Source of the DNA: an uncultured Gammaproteobacteria bacterium
Lineage (GTDB): Bacteria; Patescibacteriota; Patescibacteriia; JACRDY01
Length of the DNA stretch: 32,818 nucleotides
Direction: 5' to 3'
NCBI GenBank assembly: GCA_964364745.1
Contig: CAYINJ010000005.1
Span: forward strand, 1 to 32,818
The translations under genes were made by a program, and so were the position numbers. Of the stretch, positions 25,149 through 32,785 are shown piece by piece (positions within the stretch are counted from its first letter, which is position 1; each line of letters opens with the position of its first letter). A model generated the notes under the pieces. That model had not been told where the DNA came from. It was given only the letters and a program-made list of their open reading frames with translations, and ran no database searches.

Positions 25149-25180
25149 AAAACGCTGCCGATCACATTCGGTAGCGTTTT
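25149..25180. terminator. Bidirectional terminator between the small ORF and rel
   Basis: AAAACGCTGCCGA-TCACAT-TCGGTAGCGTTTT. Confidence 0.8.
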
Positions 25181-25187
25181 CCATTAT

Positions 25188-26654
25188 CTATTTAATAAAC
25201 TTGCTCAAGAAACTTTGGCCACTCGCCCGGGTCGAAGCTCGAATGCGGGCTTTGGCGTGAGAGCTCTGAACAAACTTGAGCCAATCCGGACTGGGACCTT
25301 TGCGGTTTTTGTCGATTAACACTTCGACGATGTCGCCGCTGTTCAACCGGTGGTCCAGGTTGACAATCGTGTCATTGACGTAAGCCCGGCTGCATTTGTC
25401 GCCGATATCACTGTGAATGGCATAGGCGAAATCCACCGGCGTACTATCGACCGGCAAATCAACCACGTCACCTTTCGGAGTGAACACAAAAATCCGGTCT
25501 TTTAACACGTCCACCTTAAGATCTTGCAATTTCCGCTGGTTGGCTTCGATTTCTTTTTGCCAGACCCCCAACTCTTTAACCCAATCCATTTTCTTGGTCG
25601 GTTTAAATGAGTGCTTGCCGGCTTCGTCATAATACCAGTGCGCCGCAATCCCATATTCGGCTTGCTGGTGCATCTCGGGCGTGCGGATTTGAAACTCGAC
25701 CGCCCGGCCATCTTCGGTAAAGACCGTCGTGTGAATCGACTGATAGCCGTTGGACTTGGGCTGGGCAATATAGTCCTTGATCCGACCGGCTAGCGGCGGC
25801 CAGAGCTGGTGAATAATCCCCAACGCTCGATAACAATCCCCCACCGTCGGCACGATCACCCGCAACGCCACTAGATCGTGAATCTGGTTGATGTCTCGAT
25901 CATAGCGCAAGAGTTTGAGGTACAAACTATATAGTCGCTTGACGCGGCCAGCGATTTCGTTGGAGGTCAGCTGTTCTTTCTTAAACTCTTCTTCTAGTCG
26001 TTTCTCAATTTTTTTCAGATAACGTTCTTGCTCGGACCGTTTGACGATGGCTAACCCCGACACCCATTTAAACTCTTCCGGCAAAGCATACTGAAAGGCC
26101 AGGTCTTCCATGGTATCTTTGATGTCTCCCATCCCCAAGCGGTTGGCAATCGGGGCATAGATTTCCAAACTCTCCTCGGCGATCCGCTGCGCCTTATCCG
26201 GTTCATGGACGTTTAATGTCCGCAAGTTATCAATCCGGTCGGCAAAACGAATAATAATCACCCGCAAGTCCACCGCCATAGCGATGAACATTTTGCGCAG
26301 GTTTTCCAAATAGCGCTCGACGCCGCGATATTTGACCTTCCCGGTCTTGGTCACACCTTCAACCAAAAAGGCGATATCTTTGCCAAACTCTTTTTCCAAC
26401 GTCTCGATGCTCACGCCGGACTCTTCCGGCACGTCATGAAGTAGCGCCGCCGCCACAATTTTGTCGTCCATGCCCATTTTGGCTAAGATCATGCCGGCAT
26501 TAAATGGGTGGACGATATACGGATCGCCGGAGATCCGCTGTTGGCCCTCGTGCGCTTTGGCCGCAAAATCATACGCCAAAACCACCAGATCGGTATCAGC
26601 GTCGGGGTGGCGTTTTTTAATTTCTCGGACCAACAGGTCAGCACTTGGCTTCAT
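25188..26654 (-). CDS. rel: RelA/SpoT homologue (HD, synthetase and TGS domains; no ZFD/ACT)
   Basis: HEGQQRISGDPYIVHP, ALLHD, YAPIANRLG, RIKDYIAQPKSNGYQSIHT, EFQIRT, AEYGIAAHW and FTPKG..TPVDFAYAIH. Confidence 0.95.
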   Translation of the reverse strand: MKPSADLLVREIKKRHPDADTDLVVLAYDFAAKAHEGQQRISGDPYIVHPFNAGMILAKMGMDDKIVAAALLHDVPEESGVSIETLEKEFGKDIAFLVEGVTKTGKVKYRGVERYLENLRKMFIAMAVDLRVIIIRFADRIDNLRTLNVHEPDKAQRIAEESLEIYAPIANRLGMGDIKDTMEDLAFQYALPEEFKWVSGLAIVKRSEQERYLKKIEKRLEEEFKKEQLTSNEIAGRVKRLYSLYLKLLRYDRDINQIHDLVALRVIVPTVGDCYRALGIIHQLWPPLAGRIKDYIAQPKSNGYQSIHTTVFTEDGRAVEFQIRTPEMHQQAEYGIAAHWYYDEAGKHSFKPTKKMDWVKELGVWQKEIEANQRKLQDLKVDVLKDRIFVFTPKGDVVDLPVDSTPVDFAYAIHSDIGDKCSRAYVNDTIVNLDHRLNSGDIVEVLIDKNRKGPSPDWLKFVQSSHAKARIRASTRASGQSFLSKFIK

Positions 26655-26660
26655 GGTGGT

Positions 26661-26688
26661 ACTATATCGTATTATCCTTAAAAATCAA
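26661..26688 (-). promoter_or_regulatory. Putative leaderless promoter for rel
   Basis: TTGATT-N16-TATAGT-N6-ATG(26654). Confidence 0.6.
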
Positions 26689-26695
26689 TTTTGAC

Positions 26696-26723
26696 TTGAC
26701 AAATCCGGCCATGGTGCTAAGAT
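26696..26723 (+). promoter_or_regulatory. Putative promoter driving an intergenic RNA
   Basis: TTGACA-N16-TAAGAT with an extended TG; no substantial plus-strand ORF follows. Confidence 0.6.
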
Positions 26724-26729
26724 AGAACC

Positions 26730-26803
26730 AAGTAATACTGGGTTTAAGACCCAGACCAAAACGCAGAGAATCCTCCTTTCCTCCAAGGGGGTTTTCTGTT
26801 TTT
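26730..26803 (+). ncRNA. Candidate ~75-nt small RNA with two hairpins and a UCCUCC loop
   Basis: Promoter upstream; hairpin CTGGGT/ACCCAG; terminator-like hairpin CAGAGAATCCTCCTT-TCCTCC-AAGGGGGTTTTCTG-TTTTT whose G-U pairs work on the + strand. Confidence 0.45.
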
Positions 26804-26900
26804 AAGGCCATTTTATGGCAAATAAAAAGCGGCCGACGGCGGCAAAAACCCCAAAACTTTGTAAGTAATACCAGGGTGCCTGCGTCGAGCCGCAAGAGGC

Positions 26901-26929
26901 AGTATAGCGAATTGTTGGCCGGGAGACAA
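26901..26929 (-). promoter_or_regulatory. Putative minus-strand promoter convergent on the candidate sRNA
   Basis: TTGTCT(26929-26924)-N17-TATACT(26906-26901), immediately after the topA terminator. Confidence 0.5.
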
Positions 26930-26932
26930 ACT

Positions 26933-26953
26933 AACAAAACCCGCTGGAGCGGG
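26933..26953 (-). terminator. Putative topA terminator
   Basis: Minus strand CCCGC-TCCA-GCGGG-TTTTGTT. Confidence 0.6.
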
Positions 26954-26986
26954 CCTTAAATTATCATCTCACCAGGGCAGCTTCAG

Positions 26987-29185
26987 TTATTGCCGTGTGG
27001 CACATTCTTTATTACTGCACTGGACAGTGTCGCCTTTGGCCCTGACCATCAAGGCGCCACAAGTGGCGCACTTCTCGCCAGTCGGTTTGGCCCAGAGGGT
27101 AAACTTACATTTGGGATAAGCATCACAGCCATAGAACGTGCCCCGGCGGCTGCGCCGCTCGACGATCTCCCCGGCTTTACACTCGGGACAAGTGACGCCG
27201 GTACTGGCGTTGGTCTGCTTGGTGGTCTTACAAGTCGGGTAATTCGAGCAAGCAATAAACTTGCCGAAGCGGCCGACTTTCATCACCATCGGTTGGCCGC
27301 ACTTGGGGCAGGTCTCATCGACCGTCTCCACCGGGGCGGCGTCACCGTTGGCGTCCAGCGGCTTGGCATTTTTACATTCCGGCCAACCACTGCAGGACAA
27401 GAACTTGCCGAAGCGGCCAATCTTGATCACCATCAGCTGACCGCATTTGTCACAAACCTCATCCGTCACTTCGGCGGTGGCATTGACTTTGGTCACCGTC
27501 TCCAGCTTGGTTTCGAGGTTAGCCGCGAAGGCATCATAAAAGGTTTTGATCACTGGCCGCCAAGCCACTTCGCCGGCAGCGATGGCGTCCAGCTCGCCCT
27601 CCATGGTCGCGGTAAAGGCGTAATCGACGATGTTTGGAAAGTGCTCGACTAGCAAATCAATGACAATAAAAGCGATATCAGTCGGCAGGAGCGCCTTGCG
27701 GTCACGGGTGACGTAACCACGGCTAATGATGGTGCCAATGGTCGGCGCGTACGTCGACGGCCGACCGATCCCCTTTTCTTCCAGGATTTTAATCAATGAC
27801 GCATCGGTGTAGCGCGCTGGTGGTTGGGTGAAGTGCTGCTCCGGCGTGATGGCCGTGGCGGTCACCAGCTCTCCCTTGGTCACGACCGGCAAAATCACTT
27901 CTTTGGTCGAGGTGGGATAAACTTTGAGGAAACCATCAAAAGTAATGGTCTGGCCAGTGGCGCGGAAGGTATACTTGGCCGCGGCTTCGGTCACTTCAAT
28001 GGCGGCGCTGGCGACTTGGGCCGGCGCCATCTGACTGGCCACCGCCCGGGACCAAATCAAGCGGTAGAGTTTCAGTTGCTGCGGGTTTAAGTGGCTGGCG
28101 ACTGATTCTGGGGTGCGGCTAGCTTCCGTCGGTCGAATGGCTTCATGGGCCTCTTGCGCGCCTTTGGAAGTGTTTTTGAAATAACGGGGTTTGGCTAAGC
28201 CATACTTGGCCCCATATTCTTTGACGATAAACTGCCCGGCTTCCGCCAAAAAATTCTCGGATAAATTGAGCGAGTCGGTGCGCATGTAGGTGATCAACCC
28301 CTGGTGGCCGGCCCGGCCGAGTTCGACGCCTTCGTAGAGTTGTTGCGCCAGCCGCATGGTTAGCTTGGCGGAAAACCCTAGTCGGCGGTTGGCTTCTTGT
28401 TGCAACGTCGAAGTTCGAAACGGCGGTAAGGGGTGTTTGGTGCTCTCCGAGCTGGTGACAGCACTGACCGTGTATTGGCCGTCTTTCAGCGCGGCGAATA
28501 GTTTGTCGGCTTGCTGCTGGTCGGCGATGGCAAACTTATCAAGGGTCGCGCCATCAATCGCGCTTAAGGCCGCGTGAAATGTCTCTTGTTTGGGCGTGAC
28601 TAAATCGGCTTCAACACTCCAGTACTCCTGGGGTTTGAAGGCCTCAATCTCGCGTTCGCGTTCGACAACCAACCGCCCCGCCACGGACTGCACCCGACCG
28701 GCCGACAGGCCCCGGACGACTTTTTTCCACAAAAATGGCGACAATTTATATCCGACTAAACGATCCAGCACTCGCCGCGCCTGCTGGGCGTCGACTAAAT
28801 GCTGATCGATCGGCCGGGGGTGCTCAACCGCCGCGGTGATGGCTGGTTTGGTAATTTCATGAAAAGTAATCCGCCGCTGCTTGGCCGCCGGCAGGTCAAA
28901 GAGTTGCGCCAAATGCCAAGCGATTGCTTCCCCTTCGCGGTCTTCATCAGTCGCGTAGTAGACCATCTCGGCCTTGGCGGCCAGCTTTTTCAGGGCGGTT
29001 AGGCGTTTTTGGTTCTCGCGAAAAACAACGTATTGCGGTTCGAAGTTTTTCTCTAAGTCAATGCCCAGCTTACCTTTCGGCAAATCACGAACATGACCAT
29101 ACGACGAATCAATGCGCCAATCCTGACCGAGGAACTTGGCGATCGTTTTAGCTTTGGTTGGCGATTCGACGATTAAGAGCTTCAT
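26987..29185 (-). CDS. topA: DNA topoisomerase I with C-terminal C4 zinc ribbons
   Basis: LLIVESPTKAKTI, ATDEDREGE, SAGRVQS, ITYMRTDS, QEAHEAIRPT and GIGRPSTY; three full and one short Zn ribbon. Confidence 0.99.
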   Translation of the reverse strand: MKLLIVESPTKAKTIAKFLGQDWRIDSSYGHVRDLPKGKLGIDLEKNFEPQYVVFRENQKRLTALKKLAAKAEMVYYATDEDREGEAIAWHLAQLFDLPAAKQRRITFHEITKPAITAAVEHPRPIDQHLVDAQQARRVLDRLVGYKLSPFLWKKVVRGLSAGRVQSVAGRLVVEREREIEAFKPQEYWSVEADLVTPKQETFHAALSAIDGATLDKFAIADQQQADKLFAALKDGQYTVSAVTSSESTKHPLPPFRTSTLQQEANRRLGFSAKLTMRLAQQLYEGVELGRAGHQGLITYMRTDSLNLSENFLAEAGQFIVKEYGAKYGLAKPRYFKNTSKGAQEAHEAIRPTEASRTPESVASHLNPQQLKLYRLIWSRAVASQMAPAQVASAAIEVTEAAAKYTFRATGQTITFDGFLKVYPTSTKEVILPVVTKGELVTATAITPEQHFTQPPARYTDASLIKILEEKGIGRPSTYAPTIGTIISRGYVTRDRKALLPTDIAFIVIDLLVEHFPNIVDYAFTATMEGELDAIAAGEVAWRPVIKTFYDAFAANLETKLETVTKVNATAEVTDEVCDKCGQLMVIKIGRFGKFLSCSGWPECKNAKPLDANGDAAPVETVDETCPKCGQPMVMKVGRFGKFIACSNYPTCKTTKQTNASTGVTCPECKAGEIVERRSRRGTFYGCDAYPKCKFTLWAKPTGEKCATCGALMVRAKGDTVQCSNKECATRQ

Positions 29186-29196
29186 AGCTTCGGCTA

Positions 29197-30282
29197 TTAA
29201 TACCGTACTTCCGGCGGGCTGTCAACTGGGGATGAAAAAATTACTTGGTCAGTGACGCCAATCCGCTGTAAAATTTCCTGGGCTTCATCGGTCGTGGCCA
29301 GTCGGGGCGTTGAGTAATTTTCGATCACCACCGGGATGAGTTTCAGCTGCCGCAATTGCTTGGCTTGCCATTGGGCTTCTAAGATCAACCCCGCTTTGGT
29401 TTCCCGGCTCCACTCTTGATCAAAGACGAAATTGCCTAAGGAATAGAAGATCCATTTACCGTTGTACGGCTCAACAATTTGGGGCCAGTGGGGGTGGTGG
29501 CCGATGACCAAATCAGCGCCGGCGTCGATGGCCGCGCGAGCAAAAGTCACCTGCTGATCGGTCGGCTGCGTGGTGTACTCGGTCCCGGCGTGCATGGTGA
29601 CGATAACGATATCGGCTGGCGGCTTCGTCGCGGCCACGTCTTTGGCTACCTGGACCGGATCTAAGCCCGCAACCACCCAACGCCCAGCGGCCGAGTCGTG
29701 AAACGACTCATAACTATAGCCCAAAAACGCCACCCGGGTGTCGCCGATCGTCACGACGGCTGGAGTGTGCGCGGCGGTCCAGGTCTCCCCCGCGCCAATA
29801 GTAGCGATGCCGTGCTGGGCCAACCAACTCAAAGTGTACTCCAGGCCGGGCAGGCCTTGATTCATGATGTGGTTATTGGCTAAGTTAACCACGTCAACGC
29901 CAGCTAATTCTAGTCCGGCAATGGCGGCCGGTTCGGCCTTGAAGACCGTGCCAGCAGTTACTGGGCTGCCTTGATCAAAAAATGGCGATTCTAAATTGCC
30001 CAAGCTAATATCGGCCGCTGACAACAGCGCGGCCAGCGGCCCAAAGGGCAGCGTCCAGTCATTGGCTTGTCGCATTTTGGTGCCGACATGACGCGACAGC
30101 ATAATATCGCCGACCGCGCGGAGGGTAACAATCCGGGGTTGGCTGGCCGGCAATGATTGAGTCGCTAGCGCTTTGGTGGGTGGATCTGATTTAACTAACT
30201 CAATGGCCATCGCGGCGACGCCGGCCGCCGCGATGGTTAAAGTGATAATAATTCCGATTAACAGCCACTCGAGTCGATGCAT
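29197..30282 (-). CDS. CapA/PGA_cap family metallophosphoesterase-like membrane-anchored protein
   Basis: AVGDIMLSR, GNLESP, LANNH, MHAGTEY, GHHPHW and YSLGNFVFDQ; ATG 1 nt after the dprA stop codon. Confidence 0.9.
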   Translation of the reverse strand: MHRLEWLLIGIIITLTIAAAGVAAMAIELVKSDPPTKALATQSLPASQPRIVTLRAVGDIMLSRHVGTKMRQANDWTLPFGPLAALLSAADISLGNLESPFFDQGSPVTAGTVFKAEPAAIAGLELAGVDVVNLANNHIMNQGLPGLEYTLSWLAQHGIATIGAGETWTAAHTPAVVTIGDTRVAFLGYSYESFHDSAAGRWVVAGLDPVQVAKDVAATKPPADIVIVTMHAGTEYTTQPTDQQVTFARAAIDAGADLVIGHHPHWPQIVEPYNGKWIFYSLGNFVFDQEWSRETKAGLILEAQWQAKQLRQLKLIPVVIENYSTPRLATTDEAQEILQRIGVTDQVIFSSPVDSPPEVRY

Positions 30283-30283
30283 G

Positions 30284-31384
30284 TTAAAGCCGAATATACT
30301 GCCGGCCACCCAAGTGGCGAATAAGATTGGCGAGTTCTAATTGGACCAGGAGTGCGTTTACTGTATCACTGGCCAAGCCAGTTTGCCAAATGAGTCGATC
30401 GATATGGCACGGCGCGGCGGACAAGGTCCGCCAGATGATTTGAGCGTCTCCGGTCAACTCCGGCGGCGCGGCTGGCGGCGCAGCGGGCGCGCTGGCCCAG
30501 CCCAGTTCAGACAAAATATCGGCCGCGTTAGTTGCCATCACCGCGCCCTGGTAAATCAGCTGATGACACCCCACGCTGGTGGGAGAAAAAATACTGCCCG
30601 GCACGGCCAAGACCACCCGATTTTGATCGAGAGCACTTTGAGCGGTAATCAGGGCGCCGCTTTTGGCGGCTGCTTCGACCACCACCACGGCGCTACTCAT
30701 CCCCGAAATTAACCGATTGCGTAGCGGGAAGGTAAATTTACTCCCCGGAGTACCAAACGGAAACTCGGATATTACCGCGCCGCCATTAGCCACCATCGTG
30801 GCCATCAGCGACTGCTTAGCGGCATTGCCGGCTGATGCCCGATCCAGCCCGGTGCCCAGCACGCCGATGGTGTAGCCACCCGCCGCCAGCGCCGCTCGAT
30901 GGGCCGCCTGATCGATCCCCCGCGCTACGCCCGAGACGATCCCAATACCGGCCGCCACCAGGCCAGTGACTATTTCCGCGGTCGCTTGCTCGCCGTACGA
31001 CGTCGGTTGACGACTACCGACCACCGCCACTAGCGGTCGATCCGCTCGGACGGTACCGCGGTGATATAGCAATGGCGGCCAATCATAAATCTGCCGCAGC
31101 AGTGGCGGATAGGTCTCATCGGTATGCCGCAGCAGCGTCACATCTTCCTGGTGCACTTGTCGCCACAGCGCGGCAATATCAGTGGTCGGCCGCGCCGCTA
31201 AGAGCTCGTCGGCCACGGCATCGGATATTCCGGAGCCGATGAGTTGCTGCCGATCAGCCACCAAAAAACTAGCCGCGGTGGGAAATTGCTTAATAATTTT
31301 GGCAAAGCGCCGGGCGCCAATCACCGGCACCGACGACAAGAAGAGGTAATAATCTTCTATCGACCAACTGACGGTTATGGACAT
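30284..31384 (-). CDS. dprA: DNA-protecting protein DprA
   Basis: YPPLLRQI, VAVVGSR, VSGVARGID, FPLRNRLISG, VEAAAKSGALITA and AVPGSIF; C-terminal winged helix. ATG 31384 is preferred. Confidence 0.96.
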   Translation of the reverse strand: MSITVSWSIEDYYLFLSSVPVIGARRFAKIIKQFPTAASFLVADRQQLIGSGISDAVADELLAARPTTDIAALWRQVHQEDVTLLRHTDETYPPLLRQIYDWPPLLYHRGTVRADRPLVAVVGSRQPTSYGEQATAEIVTGLVAAGIGIVSGVARGIDQAAHRAALAAGGYTIGVLGTGLDRASAGNAAKQSLMATMVANGGAVISEFPFGTPGSKFTFPLRNRLISGMSSAVVVVEAAAKSGALITAQSALDQNRVVLAVPGSIFSPTSVGCHQLIYQGAVMATNAADILSELGWASAPAAPPAAPPELTGDAQIIWRTLSAAPCHIDRLIWQTGLASDTVNALLVQLELANLIRHLGGRQYIRL

Positions 31385-31457
31385 AAGGCGTGGTGAGAGT
31401 AAATGGCCGTCGAGTAGGAGTGTAGCAACCACGAGATAAAATAATTCTAAAACCTTG

Positions 31458-31488
31458 CTGTCATCCTGAGCGGAGCGAAGGATGACAG
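31458..31488. repeat. REP-like palindrome (GTCATCCTGAGCG..GCGAAGGAT type), collapsed
   Basis: CTGTCATCCT-GAGCGGAGCGA-AGGATGACAG. Confidence 0.6.
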
Positions 31489-31492
31489 ATAT

Positions 31493-31522
31493 AAAAGAAG
31501 AGAGCCCCGCTTGGGGCTCTCT
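31493..31522 (-). terminator. Hairpin/terminator 3' of the 188-aa gene
   Basis: Minus strand AGAGAGCCCC-AAGC-GGGGCTCTCT-TCTTTT. Confidence 0.8.
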
Positions 31523-31543
31523 AGTGAGTGTAATTTTGATGGA

Positions 31544-32110
31544 TCACGCAGCCGCGAGAACCGCCGCGCGGTTGTGGTCGTAGAAGTCGCGATCGAGCCA
31601 ACGGGAGCTCCAGTGCCACTGATTGTTCCTCCAGAAGAGGTATCGAACGTACAAAGTGCCGTCCGAGTCACGATAAATTGTCCCCCAGAAGACAATCAGT
31701 GTCCCTTTCCACTCCTCGGGAATGAAGTCGGGATGAGCTATAAGCCAGTCCAACATATTGGCGTTGAAAACCGGCTTACTTTTCAATTTTTCGCGAAGTT
31801 GGCGGCCAGCGATGCCGCCAGCTTTCTGCTGATCATCGAGGTATAAACCAATCCGGCGGGAGTTAAACACGAACTGCCCACCCTGGCGGTGCTCCGCGAC
31901 TGACCACTTACTGGGAGTGAAGGGGATAGCGTCGAGGTCGATGAGGTGTTCCATCCACGGATCTTCTTTGCGCAAAAAGCGCTTCTGCGCCTCCAGCCAG
32001 CTCTCGCCGTCTTTCCCGGCGAGTTTTTCCAAAAGGTCATACACCGTAGCCAGCCATTCGACCGGCAAGAGTACGAGCTTTCGGAGAATGTTACCGAGCA
32101 TGTCAGCCAT
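31544..32110 (-). CDS. Hypothetical protein (188 aa) with Trp-rich C-terminus; possible DGR variable protein
   Basis: SD GAGGAG, its own promoter and a 3' hairpin; NANMLDWLIAHPDFIPEEWKG..FWGT..YVRYLFW..WHWSSRWLDRDF. Confidence 0.75.
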   Translation of the reverse strand: MADMLGNILRKLVLLPVEWLATVYDLLEKLAGKDGESWLEAQKRFLRKEDPWMEHLIDLDAIPFTPSKWSVAEHRQGGQFVFNSRRIGLYLDDQQKAGGIAGRQLREKLKSKPVFNANMLDWLIAHPDFIPEEWKGTLIVFWGTIYRDSDGTLYVRYLFWRNNQWHWSSRWLDRDFYDHNRAAVLAAA

Positions 32111-32239
32111 GGTCAGTTTCTCCTCATCTAGGGGTTGCTGCCACGAGCGTCACTACGACGGTCATAGCCAGCAGACGCCTGCTTTGTTAAGCATCTATTG
32201 GCTATGACCTCATATAATATAAAAGAACTATGATGGGAT

Positions 32240-32268
32240 ATTGTAGCTCTTCTTATCACTTCTGTCAA
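32240..32268 (-). promoter_or_regulatory. Near-consensus sigma70 promoter for the 188-aa gene
   Basis: TTGACA(32268-32263)-N17-TACAAT(32245-32240). Confidence 0.75.
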
Positions 32269-32269
32269 G

Positions 32270-32785
32270 CTAGTTATGGCTGATTTTCTGAACTGCTTCT
32301 TGAATAATCCCCGGCAACTGTTGGCGCTCGGCTGGCGTAAACTTGGCTAGCACGAACTTATCGGTCGGCAGCCGACTTAATACTGCGGCGTTGTTGACCC
32401 CAATCCGTAAGCGAGGAATATCTTGGGTGCCCAAGCTCTCAATAATTGACTGTACGCCATTGTGGCCAGCCGAACGCGCGCCGGCCGTTAATTTAATTTT
32501 GCCAAAATTAATATCTTTGTCGTCGTGGACAATCAACCAATCAGTCAGCGGCAGGCGCGGCAATTTTTTATGTAAATATGCGGCGGTCTGGCCTGACGCG
32601 TTCATGAAGGTCTGGGGCTTGATCAGGAGGATGTCGTCGGACAGTTCGCAATACTGGGCTTTGGCCTTAGCGTCAGTTTGCCATTTTTGCTTGCCGGCCA
32701 GCGCGTCTAACACGGCCCAGCCCACATTGTGGCGGGTGGAGCGGTATTGTGCGCCGGGATTGCCGAGACCGATTATAATGCGCAT
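32270..32785 (-). CDS. pth: Peptidyl-tRNA hydrolase
   Basis: GLGNPG..Y..TRHNVG, KPQTFMNASG, VHDD, AGHNG and RLRIGV; ATG at 32785. Confidence 0.97.
   Translation of the reverse strand: MRIIIGLGNPGAQYRSTRHNVGWAVLDALAGKQKWQTDAKAKAQYCELSDDILLIKPQTFMNASGQTAAYLHKKLPRLPLTDWLIVHDDKDINFGKIKLTAGARSAGHNGVQSIIESLGTQDIPRLRIGVNNAAVLSRLPTDKFVLAKFTPAERQQLPGIIQEAVQKISHN

Noticed and set aside
26816-26869. Plus-strand 17-codon ORF MANKKRPTAAKTPKLCK
   Set aside because: No SD, it lies after a terminator-like hairpin, and its length is expected by chance.
26724-26986. tmRNA, RNase P RNA or SRP RNA in the rel-topA spacer
   Set aside because: It lacks a tRNA-like acceptor/T-arm, the GAGGAAAGUCC P4 motif and the SRP domain IV motif; kept only as an unclassified sRNA candidate.
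27258-27434. Direct repeat AACTTGCCGAAGCGGCC...ATCACCATC, twice, 144 nt apart
   Set aside because: It encodes the repeated GRFGKF of TopA zinc ribbons; it is not a CRISPR or mobile repeat.
31447-31846. ORFs 31447-31695 (-) and 31511-31846 (+)
   Set aside because: They overlap the 188-aa gene, its terminator and the REP-like palindrome, and have no initiation signals.
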